DNA of 64,000 nt from an uncultured Gammaproteobacteria bacterium. Lineage in GTDB: Bacteria; Patescibacteriota; Microgenomatia; Daviesbacterales; UBA10151. The notes beneath the pieces were generated by a model. That model was not told the DNA's origin. It did no database searches and saw only the letters and a list, made by a program, of their open reading frames with translations. This document shows, piece by piece, positions 16,640 through 24,955 of this stretch (its first letter is position 1; each line of letters starts with the position of its first letter). The stretch lies in NCBI GenBank assembly GCA_964625535.1, contig CAZVEX010000001.1, positions 295-64,294 on the forward strand. Reading direction: 5' to 3'. Both the position numbers and the translations under genes were made by a program.

Positions 16640-17692
16640 TTAACCCCTTTTCATAAAAAGGTAAACTGCAAAACCGCCCGAGGCAAAAAGAAAAATCCCA
16701 CCCGTGACATAAAATAATGTAGGTACTTTCCCTCCGGCAACTTTTAATTGCGGGGAGGAAGATGCGCGTTTTTGACCAGATGGGGTTGATGATTTTTTGT
16801 ATTTTTCCAAAGAATAGACTATTTCCGGCAACTCTTCTTGTTTTTTGCTTTCTCCTAAAATGGCAGACGATTTGGGAGTTGAAAGTCCTGATAAACTGAT
16901 ACTCCCTTCGGCAATTTCTACCTCCTTGGCATTGATTTTTACAGTTACCTCATTGCTCCAAGTTGGACCTGATCCGCCGGATGTGTATCTGCCGACTTTG
17001 AAACCGTATTCTCCCGCTCCCTGATATCCCGCATCCATGATATCCGGCTGAATTTCCAAGTTTCCTGACCAACTGCCGGATGAGTTGGTGGTAATTTGAT
17101 ACTGGGAAGAAAAACTGCTGCCATTTTTTATCCAAGAAGAGCCTACTTTGGTCAATCCGAAATAATTGCTGGAACCTTCTTTTCTAAAAGCTCCTTTTAA
17201 ATAAAAGTTGGTATTGGGATAAGAAGATAATTCCAAATTTACTGATGTTGTAAAAGTTTGAGTAGAGTCAATTGATGATGGAACATTAGAAATGGTAAAA
17301 GCAGAGGTAGTTGAGGGAGAAGGGGAGGGTGAAGGAGTTGGGGAAGGGGAGGAGGCGGATAGAATAAAAGACCATGTACTACTCCATTCGCTCCACGTTC
17401 CCCCTGAATCCTTGGCTTTAACTCGCCAGTACCAGGTACCAGCTGATAAAACAGGAGTGTAATTGGTATTGGCAGTGGGATAATCTTTAGGTGGCTGAAT
17501 AAAACCTGTCTCATCATCTACCTGAACTCGATAAGGACTGCTGGTGTACAGTAAATACGAAGGAGCCTGCCAGGTTAAGGTGGTGGAAGAAACTGTGGAT
17601 CCGCTGGCTGGAGATTGTTGAGATGGACCGCTGACCGCATAGACGGAATTAACGAAGAACCCCGCTAAAAACAAAATCAGCCACTTGAGCAT
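16640..17692 (-). CDS. secreted surface protein: signal peptide, fibronectin type III-like domain, Ser/Pro/Thr linker, C-terminal TM anchor
   Basis: Signal peptide MLKWLILFLAGFFVNSVYA is followed by an FN3-like WYWRVKAKDSGGTWSEWSSTWSF stretch. Then come an SPSPTPSPSPSPS linker, a Ser/Thr/Gly-rich region and a C-terminal hydrophobic helix TLFYVTGGIFLFASGGFAVYLFMKRG. Confidence 0.6.
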   Translation of the reverse strand: MLKWLILFLAGFFVNSVYAVSGPSQQSPASGSTVSSTTLTWQAPSYLLYTSSPYRVQVDDETGFIQPPKDYPTANTNYTPVLSAGTWYWRVKAKDSGGTWSEWSSTWSFILSASSPSPTPSPSPSPSTTSAFTISNVPSSIDSTQTFTTSVNLELSSYPNTNFYLKGAFRKEGSSNYFGLTKVGSSWIKNGSSFSSQYQITTNSSGSWSGNLEIQPDIMDAGYQGAGEYGFKVGRYTSGGSGPTWSNEVTVKINAKEVEIAEGSISLSGLSTPKSSAILGESKKQEELPEIVYSLEKYKKSSTPSGQKRASSSPQLKVAGGKVPTLFYVTGGIFLFASGGFAVYLFMKRG

Positions 17693-17714
17693 CTAAAACC
17701 ATCATAACTTAAAG

Positions 17715-18860
17715 TCATAACAGGTGCCAGTAAATAGTGACCAGGCCGTTTTGATGATCAACAACCACCCCTTTAGCGGGTCCGTTATCAAAGCCGGCAA
17801 TCCGACATCCCGAATCTCCGATAGAATAGGCTACCCCGTCGGCAGCAGCTAAAATAGGAGTCCCGACATACTTATCATCATACATATCCAAACCGGTATG
17901 AGTCCCCAGCGCGTATAGTTCCCCATACTCCGTGCTAATGGTGGTTGATCCCGGATAACCTTGCATGGGCGGGCCAAGTTGTCCGTTATCAAGGTATTTA
18001 TGAGGATTGATTCTGCTGCCGTTAACCCTGCCTCCCTCTACTTTGGCATTTTCATAAACTTCAAAATGCAGATGAGGACCGCTGGAACAACCGGATGTTC
18101 CTTCAGATCCTATTTGTTGGCCTTTTTTGACCGGACCGATGACTATTCCCACATTGGATATGGCTCTGGCAATAGAATCTGCATCTGCCTTAAGCTGGGC
18201 AATCAGCCCCTGGAATCTGGCTTCGTCATTTTGGGTGATTCTTAAAAGTTCTTCCTTGGCTTTTTTTTGTTCTTCCAGCTGCTGCTTATAAGTTTCCAGA
18301 TCTTTATTTAATTTTTCCGCCTCTTGTTGTCTTACCTCCTTATCCTGTTTTTGATCGTTGTAAGCTTGCTTAGTAGCTTGCAGCTCATATAATTTCCTCT
18401 TATCATAGGCCTGGGCCACTTGAATATACTTTAACCGTTGCAGCAGATCGGCAAAGCCGTGGGAAGAAAAAAGAAAATCCAGGGTGGACAGATTGGAGTA
18501 TTTATAAGTTTGGACAATTCGCCGCAAGAGAATTTCTGACAGCGTATCCAGCGAGGAAGAAATTCGTGAAATACGGGTTGAGAGCTCGGCAATTTCTCTT
18601 TTGAGTTTTTCAATCCGTAAATTGGTTTCCTCAATTTTTAAGACTGTAACTTTGCCTTGGCTGTCTATAATGTTAAGCTGGGATTTTAAAGTGCGCTCGT
18701 TACCTCTGGCATTTTCAAGCTGGCTTTCCAGTTTGGCAATTTCTGCCTGTTTTTCCTGCAGCTTTGCGCTTAACTCCTCATTAGACTCGGCAAAAACAGG
18801 AAGAAAAAATGGGCTAAGCAAAAAAAGCCCGAGAACAAAGATTAAGAATAGCTTTTTCAT
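17715..18860 (-). CDS. coiled-coil M23-family metallopeptidase (EnvC/PcsB-like FtsEX partner) with an apparently circularly permuted M23 domain
   Basis: Signal peptide, then ~200 aa of coiled coil. The GQQIGSEGTSGCSSGPHLHFEV (HxH) motif comes BEFORE HTGLDMY...GTPILAAADGV (HxxxD) and ...VVVDHQNGLVTIYWHLL. The protein ends right after WHLL. It overlaps ftsX by 4 nt. Confidence 0.8.
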   Translation of the reverse strand: MKKLFLIFVLGLFLLSPFFLPVFAESNEELSAKLQEKQAEIAKLESQLENARGNERTLKSQLNIIDSQGKVTVLKIEETNLRIEKLKREIAELSTRISRISSSLDTLSEILLRRIVQTYKYSNLSTLDFLFSSHGFADLLQRLKYIQVAQAYDKRKLYELQATKQAYNDQKQDKEVRQQEAEKLNKDLETYKQQLEEQKKAKEELLRITQNDEARFQGLIAQLKADADSIARAISNVGIVIGPVKKGQQIGSEGTSGCSSGPHLHFEVYENAKVEGGRVNGSRINPHKYLDNGQLGPPMQGYPGSTTISTEYGELYALGTHTGLDMYDDKYVGTPILAAADGVAYSIGDSGCRIAGFDNGPAKGVVVDHQNGLVTIYWHLL

Positions 18861-19741
18861 ATCCGAAGATATCTTCTGGTGGCGCCAAATGATCCCACTG
18901 CTCCCACTAAACAGGCCAGCAAAATAGCAAGTATAAGCAAAAATATCATCAATACAGGGCTGGGGGGCAAAAGTTTGATTTCACCCAGGTATCCCCCTTG
19001 AATAAAGGGAGTAAAATACCAAAGCAGGATGTAAATGACCGCCCAGGCAAATGTGGCGCCCACCACTCCATAAAACATTCCTTCCAGAATAAAAGGCATT
19101 CTGATAAATGATGTTGATGCCCCCATCAGACGCATGGTTTCGATTTCATTTCGCTTAAGCCTGATCTTAAACCCGATGATCATCAAAATTTGCAGGATGG
19201 CATAAAGTATCAGGTAGGTTACAATTACTCCGCCAACGATTCTAACTACCAGGGTGGCGGTAGAGAGGTTAGCTACTACATCTTCGGGAAAGACCACATC
19301 TTCCACCACCGGTTCCTGTTTTAGGATTTCAGCTACCGGAGCTAAATCTTGCAAAGTTAGAGTGGAAACTTCTAGGGATGGGGGTAGGGTGCTGGCTGTC
19401 ACCAGTTCAACCAAGAGTGGGTCTTTGCCCTGATTAAACTTTTTATAAATTTGCAGGGCCTCTTCCCGGGAAACATATTTGGTTTTGGTGACCTGGTAGT
19501 AGCTTTTCAGGTTGTCTTCTATGGCCTGAATATCTTCTTCGGTGGTGCCGTCTTTAAAAAAGGCGATGACTTGAGGTCTTGACTCATAATATTGTAAAGT
19601 TGCTTGCAACCCGATAGAAATAAGCAGGAAACCGATCAGGGCCAAAAAGGCCGAAAACATGGCCAGGGAGGCGGCTGCGGCCTGAAAGGGGGTTCTTTTA
19701 ATGTTTCTTTTGGCAAATTTAATGTAGTTTCCCAAACTCAT
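18857..19741 (-). CDS. ftsX: cell division permease FtsX
   Basis: Four-TM topology with a large extracytoplasmic loop between TM1 and TM2. It is adjacent to and overlapping ftsE. Confidence 0.8.
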   Translation of the reverse strand: MSLGNYIKFAKRNIKRTPFQAAAASLAMFSAFLALIGFLLISIGLQATLQYYESRPQVIAFFKDGTTEEDIQAIEDNLKSYYQVTKTKYVSREEALQIYKKFNQGKDPLLVELVTASTLPPSLEVSTLTLQDLAPVAEILKQEPVVEDVVFPEDVVANLSTATLVVRIVGGVIVTYLILYAILQILMIIGFKIRLKRNEIETMRLMGASTSFIRMPFILEGMFYGVVGATFAWAVIYILLWYFTPFIQGGYLGEIKLLPPSPVLMIFLLILAILLACLVGAVGSFGATRRYLRI

Positions 19742-20412
19742 TCGTATTTACCCTCCTTAGTGTCTTTGGTGATCTTACCCGCTTTTAGAGTTATTACTCG
19801 CCGCTTCAAGGTATTGACAATTTCTTGGTTGTGAGTAGCCATCAGGATGGTGGTGCCCCAGGAGTTGATCTCATTGAGCAGCTGAATCACTCCCCAGGCT
19901 GTTTTAGGGTCTAAATCGCCGGTTGGCTCATCAGCCAAAACTATGTCGGGTTTACCCACCACCGCCCGGGCAATGACAGTGCGCTGAGCCTCCCCTCCGG
20001 AAAGTTGTCGCGGGAACAAATTCCGCCTATCCCAAATTTCCACCAGTTTTAGAGTATGTTCCACGGCCCTCCCAATTTCCTCATCGGATTTACCCAAAAC
20101 TTCCAAGGCCAGGGCCACCTGCTCAAAAACGGTCCTGTCGTCCAGTAGCTTGAAATCCTGGAAAACTACCCCCACTTTTCTCCTCAAATTTGGGATCTCA
20201 CCGTTTTTTAGTTTAGTAATGTCCATTTTATTAACAACGACTGTGCCGCTTGTGGGTATTACTTCCCGGGTTAGAATTCTCAAAAGGGTGGTTTTACCCG
20301 CTCCGGAGGGTCCAACCAAAAAGACGAACTCTCCCTGTTTAATTTCCAGGGAAATGTCATCCAGAGCGGTAGCTGAACCAAACTTTTTGAAGACTTTGTC
20401 AAATAAGATCAT
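19738..20412 (-). CDS. ftsE: cell division ATP-binding protein FtsE
   Basis: Walker A GPSGAGKTT, ABC signature LSGGEAQR and Walker B ILADEPTGDLD are present. Length is 224 aa. Confidence 0.9.
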   Translation of the reverse strand: MILFDKVFKKFGSATALDDISLEIKQGEFVFLVGPSGAGKTTLLRILTREVIPTSGTVVVNKMDITKLKNGEIPNLRRKVGVVFQDFKLLDDRTVFEQVALALEVLGKSDEEIGRAVEHTLKLVEIWDRRNLFPRQLSGGEAQRTVIARAVVGKPDIVLADEPTGDLDPKTAWGVIQLLNEINSWGTTILMATHNQEIVNTLKRRVITLKAGKITKDTKEGKYE

Positions 20413-20837
20413 TCTACTACTTCAACTCGCCCAACATCCATCAGCCATCCTGCTTCCAGAGCCTTTTGGGTTTCGCCGTATACTTTAACTTTTTTACCTT
20501 CATACAGGGATAAGTCCACCACGGAAGAAGTTAAGGCTACAGGTGGTGTGGAGTCTCTTTGCAAAAGATGAGTTCCTTCGACATATTCTGACGGATCTTT
20601 GGGCTCTGGTCTGGCCGTGAGGGTTCCTTCGGCAAAATCTCTAAAAGTCCGGGTGTCCTGCTGGGGATTTTTAGGTTGGCCTGCCAGCGGAGCGGCGGAG
20701 CGCTTGCCTGCTATCAGATATCCTGTTAAAACTCCCAAAACCAAAGAGAAGATTAAAACTCCCAGGAGAACTCTTTTGGGACTGGCATCTTTGAAAAACT
20801 TCTTGGTAATTTTTTCCCCGCCTTCGAGAGTTTCCAT
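20409..20837 (-). CDS. membrane-anchored hypothetical protein in the prfB-ftsEX operon
   Basis: N-terminal TM helix VLLGVLIFSLVLGVLTGYLIAG, then a ~100-aa soluble domain. No homology recognised. Confidence 0.5.
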   Translation of the reverse strand: METLEGGEKITKKFFKDASPKRVLLGVLIFSLVLGVLTGYLIAGKRSAAPLAGQPKNPQQDTRTFRDFAEGTLTARPEPKDPSEYVEGTHLLQRDSTPPVALTSSVVDLSLYEGKKVKVYGETQKALEAGWLMDVGRVEVVE

Positions 20838-20853
20838 AGCGACTTTATCTATA

Positions 20854-21831
20854 TTAACCCTTTATCACTTCCGCGTCAATAAACTGTTCTAAATCTCCAT
20901 CCAAAACGGAATTTGTATCTTGAGTTTCCACTTGGGTGCGAAGGTCCTTGACCATATGGTAAGGATGTAAAACATAAGATCTGATTTGAGTGCCCCATGA
21001 AGCTTGGGTGGTGCTTTTTAAGCTTTGGGTCTGGGTTTGTTTTTCAGTTTGTTGCAGGGTCCAAAGTTTGGCCCGAAGTAACTTCGTGGCATTTTCCCGA
21101 TTTTGTAGTTGTGACCTCTCTGTTTGGGCAGTCACCACCAGCCCCGTAGGAATGTGTCTTAATCTGACAGCAGTGTTGACCTTATTAACATTTTGGCCTC
21201 CCGCTCCGCCGGACCTGAATGCTTCAAATTCTATTTCATCCTCTTTAATTTCCAGTTCTACATTTTCAATTACCGGCAAGACTTCAACTAAGGCAAAAGA
21301 TGTTTGCCGCAGTTTATCTGCATTAAATGGAGATTGTCTCACTAATCTGTGAGTGCCTGCTTCACCTTTCAAGTAGCCGTATGCTAGGGGAGCATGGACA
21401 ATCATGGAAACTGATTTGTATCCGGCCTCTTCCCCTAAACTTTCATCAGAAACTTCATATTTCCAGCCTTTTCTTTCAAAAAATCTCTGGTACATGCGAT
21501 AAAGCATGCCGGCCCAATCCATGGCTTCCACCCCTCCTGTGCCGGAATGGATAGAAACTATGGCTTCGGATTGATCGTGCGGACCAGAAAGATAAGTCTT
21601 GAGCTCAAACTCTTTTAATAATTTTTCATTTAAGTTTTGCTCCAAATTTTCCAGGATGTCCAGAGTTTTTTGTTTATCTGCCAGTTCTTGCGAAGCCTTG
21701 GTGGCCTTTTCTCTATCATCCCAAAATCCGGGTTGCGTCATTTGACTTTCCAACTGCCTGATTTCCCCACGCAAAACCTCCCGATCAAAAGATTTCGAAA
21801 TTTTCTCAAACCTAACTTTTAAATCATCCAT
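20854..21831 (-). CDS. prfB: peptide chain release factor 2, single contiguous ORF (no programmed +1 frameshift)
   Basis: GGQ motif (SGGAGGQNVNKV) and the RF2-specific SPF motif (RQSPFNADK) are present. The N-terminus ...VLRGEIRQLESQ runs through where E. coli has the frameshift site. Confidence 0.9.
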   Translation of the reverse strand: MDDLKVRFEKISKSFDREVLRGEIRQLESQMTQPGFWDDREKATKASQELADKQKTLDILENLEQNLNEKLLKEFELKTYLSGPHDQSEAIVSIHSGTGGVEAMDWAGMLYRMYQRFFERKGWKYEVSDESLGEEAGYKSVSMIVHAPLAYGYLKGEAGTHRLVRQSPFNADKLRQTSFALVEVLPVIENVELEIKEDEIEFEAFRSGGAGGQNVNKVNTAVRLRHIPTGLVVTAQTERSQLQNRENATKLLRAKLWTLQQTEKQTQTQSLKSTTQASWGTQIRSYVLHPYHMVKDLRTQVETQDTNSVLDGDLEQFIDAEVIKG

Positions 21832-21837
21832 AGGGAA

Positions 21838-21846
21838 ATTATAGCA
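21838..21846 (-). promoter_or_regulatory. extended -10 TGcTATAAT (minus strand); the prfB ATG lies 6 nt downstream, giving leaderless geometry
   Basis: The reverse complement of 21832-21846 is tgcTATAATttccct. This directly abuts the ATG (reverse complement of 21829-21831). Confidence 0.45.
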
Positions 21847-21891
21847 GTGTGTTGCCTAATATTGCCAGATATTTCCAGAAAATTATGAAAT

Positions 21892-22491
21892 TTATGCCGC
21901 AGATGTTTCGATTTTGGAGATTAGCCAATTAGGAGTTACCTCCAACCCTGTAAATCCAATCACCTCGTAAATTTGTGCTACCCCAAGAGATGTGATTCTA
22001 TGAAGAGCATCAAGAAGTCTTTCTGGTAATAAATAATCTTTTTGTCGTTTTACCAATTCATCAACAATTCCGGCATCTCTTCTTGTTTCTTCATGTATCC
22101 ATCCTACGGTGCTACTTAAACGCCTTAATAATTCTTCTCCCAGATTTGTTACTCGCTGTGCAGTTTCCCTTTGATATACCGTGGTTATAATTTCTCTCGC
22201 CAATTCTCCAGCTAAATTTATTCTTTTTGGTTCATGCAAGTCAAAAGGTTTTTCTGAATCTGCAACTAAAGCTAGTTTCCTTATGCCCGGATTACCCCAA
22301 AACAATCTGCTGTCAATTTCCCCCTCGGCTATGTAGGAGACGAGTTGACCTTGAGAGTTCATCCTGAATCCTTCTCTACCTACCCTCATACCCATTAGCC
22401 CATATGAATATTGAGGGTCTCCTCTGTCGTCAATGATTATCCTCGCCCAGTTGATATCTGGATATGAATCCACAGTTAAAATTTCCGCCAT
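21892..22491 (-). CDS. hypothetical soluble protein, first gene of the prfB-ftsEX operon
   Basis: 199-aa ORF with no recognisable motif. It is co-directional with prfB and 60 bp upstream of it. Confidence 0.5.
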   Translation of the reverse strand: MAEILTVDSYPDINWARIIIDDRGDPQYSYGLMGMRVGREGFRMNSQGQLVSYIAEGEIDSRLFWGNPGIRKLALVADSEKPFDLHEPKRINLAGELAREIITTVYQRETAQRVTNLGEELLRRLSSTVGWIHEETRRDAGIVDELVKRQKDYLLPERLLDALHRITSLGVAQIYEVIGFTGLEVTPNWLISKIETSAA

Positions 22492-22499
22492 AATGACCT

Positions 22500-22550
22500 A
22501 TAATACCAAGTTTTCTCGTATTTGTCAATAATTATTAAGCCTGATAGAAT
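22500..22550. promoter_or_regulatory. divergent promoter region. On the minus strand, TGgTATTAT (22500-22508) sits 8 nt before the ATG at 22491. On the plus strand, -35 TTGTCA (22522-22527), a 17-bp spacer and -10 TAGAAT (22545-22550) sit 6 nt before the ATG at 22557.
   Basis: Hexamers read from the sequence. Both downstream genes lack an SD and start 6-8 nt after the -10. Confidence 0.5.
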
Positions 22551-22556
22551 TTAGGC

Positions 22557-22841
22557 ATGATTCTTTATATCAATACCAAAGAGCAGAAGGGAATTTCCGT
22601 AGCTTTGAAAGAAAAGGGAAAGGTCATTCAAAGTTTATCTGCCCAAAATAAGTTTGGGTCACAGGTTTTGTTACCTCTGGTAACAAAACTACTTAAAAAT
22701 GACATAAATGCAATTGAAGTGGAGACTGGACCTGGATCATTTACAGGTCTTAGAGTGGGGGTTGCTGTGGCTAATGCACTGGCATTCTCATTAAATATTT
22801 CTGTTAATGGTAAGAAAATAGAAACAGATTTGATATACTAG
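22557..22841 (+). CDS. TsaB (YeaZ)-like protein, N-terminal half only (94 aa)
   Basis: VETGPGSFTGLRVGVAVANALAF is the hallmark YeaZ/TsaB/Kae1-fold motif. The ORF stops after ~94 aa, and the next gene starts 5 nt later. Confidence 0.6.
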   Translation: MILYINTKEQKGISVALKEKGKVIQSLSAQNKFGSQVLLPLVTKLLKNDINAIEVETGPGSFTGLRVGVAVANALAFSLNISVNGKKIETDLIY

Positions 22842-22845
22842 ATAC

Positions 22846-23715
22846 ATGGCTTGGCAGCACTGGTTTTTACCTCACAAAGATACTCATCAAAAAGCCAAAC
22901 TGATTTCCTGGGAAGGATTAGTGATCTATATTCTGATTTTTATTTTCCTGCAGGTTGGTTTTTCCATAGTAGGTTATACCAAACCCGGAGTATTGGGAAT
23001 CTCGGGAAATATTGATCAAAAAAAACTGATTGAACTGACAAATCTGGAAAGAGAAAAAATGGGTTTGCCTAAAGTTTCGGAAAACCCGGCTCTGGATCAA
23101 GCTGCAGCGCTTAAAGCCCAAAACATGTTTTCCGAAAATTATTGGGCTCATTTTGCCCCATCAGGCAAGACCCCATGGGATTTTATTTTAGGTTCAGGCT
23201 ATAAATTTACCTATGCCGGGGAAAATCTGGCTAAGAATTTTTATAACTCCGATGAAGTGGTCAAGGCCTGGATGAACTCATCTACTCACAGAGACAATCT
23301 GCTGAATGCTAAATATATTGACATTGGCATTGCCGTGGTGGAGGGAGTGTTGAATGGACAGAAAACCACCCTGGTGGTGCAAATGTTTGGCTCAACCAAG
23401 TCCGGTTTTACCCAACCGATTGTATCCGCAGGCGGACAAAAGGTAGCGGTGCCAAAAGAGAAATATCTTAATGCTCCCGCGCTTTTTGCTGAAACGCGGG
23501 GTGAAAATGTCAAGCCTGTCCTGGATCCGTACCTGTTTACCAAAACGGCAGGATTTGCCCTGATATTTTTCGTGACTTTCTTACTGGCTGTTGATCTGGT
23601 AATTTTGAAAAAACGCGGAGTATTTCGGGTGTCGTCTTCCAGAGTGGCCCATATGGCAATTCTGGGAGTGGCAGCAGCCACACTGATAAGCAGCACTCCG
23701 GGAGCAATATTGTGA
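22846..23715 (+). CDS. CAP/SCP/PR1-like extracellular domain protein with an N-terminal TM anchor and a C-terminal TM
   Basis: YWAHFAPSG...AGENLAKNF...VVKAWMNSSTHRDNLLNAKYIDIGIAVV is the CAP (SCP-like) signature. Hydrophobic segments lie at aa ~25-45 and near the C-terminus. Confidence 0.65.
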   Translation: MAWQHWFLPHKDTHQKAKLISWEGLVIYILIFIFLQVGFSIVGYTKPGVLGISGNIDQKKLIELTNLEREKMGLPKVSENPALDQAAALKAQNMFSENYWAHFAPSGKTPWDFILGSGYKFTYAGENLAKNFYNSDEVVKAWMNSSTHRDNLLNAKYIDIGIAVVEGVLNGQKTTLVVQMFGSTKSGFTQPIVSAGGQKVAVPKEKYLNAPALFAETRGENVKPVLDPYLFTKTAGFALIFFVTFLLAVDLVILKKRGVFRVSSSRVAHMAILGVAAATLISSTPGAIL

Positions 23716-23876
23716 TGAAAAACGAACTTTATATTTTAACTGTTGCCATCCTTGCCTATCTCATTTGGGCCCTCTGGCACCATCGCCGGGACAAAAGTTT
23801 GACTTTGCCTATTTTGATAGAGTATCTTTTAACTGCTGCTCTTTCTTTAGTTTTATTAACAGGAGTTTTATTGTGA
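23715..23876 (+). CDS. small 53-aa two-TM membrane protein (below the ORF-track size cutoff)
   Basis: ATG overlaps the CAP-gene TGA (tgATG). It translates as MKNELYILTVAILAYLIWALWHHRRDKSLTLPILIEYLLTAALSLVLLTGVLL. Its stop overlaps the rfbA GTG start (ttGTGAaa), and AGGAG lies 8 nt before that GTG. Confidence 0.4.
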   Translation: MKNELYILTVAILAYLIWALWHHRRDKSLTLPILIEYLLTAALSLVLLTGVLL

Positions 23877-24955
23877 AAGCCATTATACCTACAGGCGGTC
23901 GCGGAACAAGGATGCGGCCTTTAACTTTTTCCGCCAATAAACATTTTATTCCCCTGGCGAACAAGCCGATTATTTTTTACCCGATTGAAACTGTAGCGGA
24001 TGCCGGTATTAAAGAAGTAGCCATCACATATAACCCGCAAGGACAGGAGGAAGCAAAAGAGATTTTAGGCGACGGTTCAAGGTGGGGACTAAAATTTAGC
24101 TATGTTTTGCAGGAGAAACCAAAAGGCCTGGCTAACATTTTTCAAGTTTGCGAAGAATTCTTAAATGGGGAAGCTTTTGTCCTGCATTTGGGGGATAATA
24201 TTTTTGTAAACGGCATCAAAAATCTGGTTGATTTTTTTGTTAGTGAGCGCCCAAATGCCCTTTTAACCTATCTTCAACATTCAGACAACAAAAGATTGGG
24301 AGTTCCTTTTTTTGATGAAAAAGGAGACCTCATTCGTTATGTAGAAAAACCGGAAAATCCTCCCAATGACTTTGGCATCCCGGGTCTTTATTTTTTTGAT
24401 CATCATGTTTTTGAGTGCTTTAAAGGGAAAGATGCCATCAAGGCATCAGCGCGGGGGGAGCTGGAAATTTCCGATCCGTATAACTGGTTAATAGATCATG
24501 GCTTTAAAGTTGAGGCAAAGGAGTATGAAGGCAAATGGATGGATCCGGGCAAATTTGATGACTTCTTGGAGGCCAATCAGTATATTTTGCAGCATCAGCT
24601 GGAAGAGAAAAGAGAAAGTGAACCTGACGCCGGCAGCAAGATAACAGGCAAGGTATCAATCGGCAAAGACTGCATTATTAAAAGATCTCTCATTCATGGT
24701 CCGTTAATCATTGGAGACGGCTGTGTGATTGAAGATTCTTCTATCGGTCAATATACATCAGTTGGTGATGTATGCAGAATCAGGGATAGTAAGATAGAAA
24801 ACAGTGTTTTGATGAAAGGCGTCAAGATCCAGGGCGTCAGGGAGCATCCGTTAGCAAGCAGTCTGATAGGGACAGACAGTGAAGTCTTTGGATCCAATGG
24901 TAAAGGGGCAGCGACCTCTCTTTTTGTAGGAGAAAAGTGTAAAATACAAGTCTAG
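23873..24955 (+). CDS. rfbA: glucose-1-phosphate thymidylyltransferase-like sugar nucleotidyltransferase (long form with a C-terminal left-handed beta-helix)
   Basis: VKAIIPTGGRGTRMRPLT is the N-terminal G-x-G-t-R-l motif. The hexapeptide-repeat C-terminus is IIGDGCVIEDSSIGQYTSVGDVCRI. A GTG start with an AGGAG SD is preferred over the in-frame ATG at 23765, whose 36-aa extension is non-protein-like. Confidence 0.75.
   Translation: MKAIIPTGGRGTRMRPLTFSANKHFIPLANKPIIFYPIETVADAGIKEVAITYNPQGQEEAKEILGDGSRWGLKFSYVLQEKPKGLANIFQVCEEFLNGEAFVLHLGDNIFVNGIKNLVDFFVSERPNALLTYLQHSDNKRLGVPFFDEKGDLIRYVEKPENPPNDFGIPGLYFFDHHVFECFKGKDAIKASARGELEISDPYNWLIDHGFKVEAKEYEGKWMDPGKFDDFLEANQYILQHQLEEKRESEPDAGSKITGKVSIGKDCIIKRSLIHGPLIIGDGCVIEDSSIGQYTSVGDVCRIRDSKIENSVLMKGVKIQGVREHPLASSLIGTDSEVFGSNGKGAATSLFVGEKCKIQV

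Noticed and set aside
20854-21891. Looked for the programmed +1 frameshift site (CUU UGA C) and an upstream short ORF in prfB.
   Set aside because: RF2 here is one contiguous 325-aa ORF starting 60 nt after the upstream gene. No frameshift is present, and TGA is used as a stop throughout, so there is no code-25-like reassignment.
23765-23872. Long ATG-initiated N-terminal extension of RfbA (MGPLAPSPGQKFDFAYFDRVSFNCCSFFSFINRSFI).
   Set aside because: The extension is not protein-like and lacks homology. The conserved nucleotidyltransferase N-terminus begins at the GTG at 23873, which has a perfect AGGAG 8 nt upstream. The region is better explained by a small two-TM ORF in another frame.
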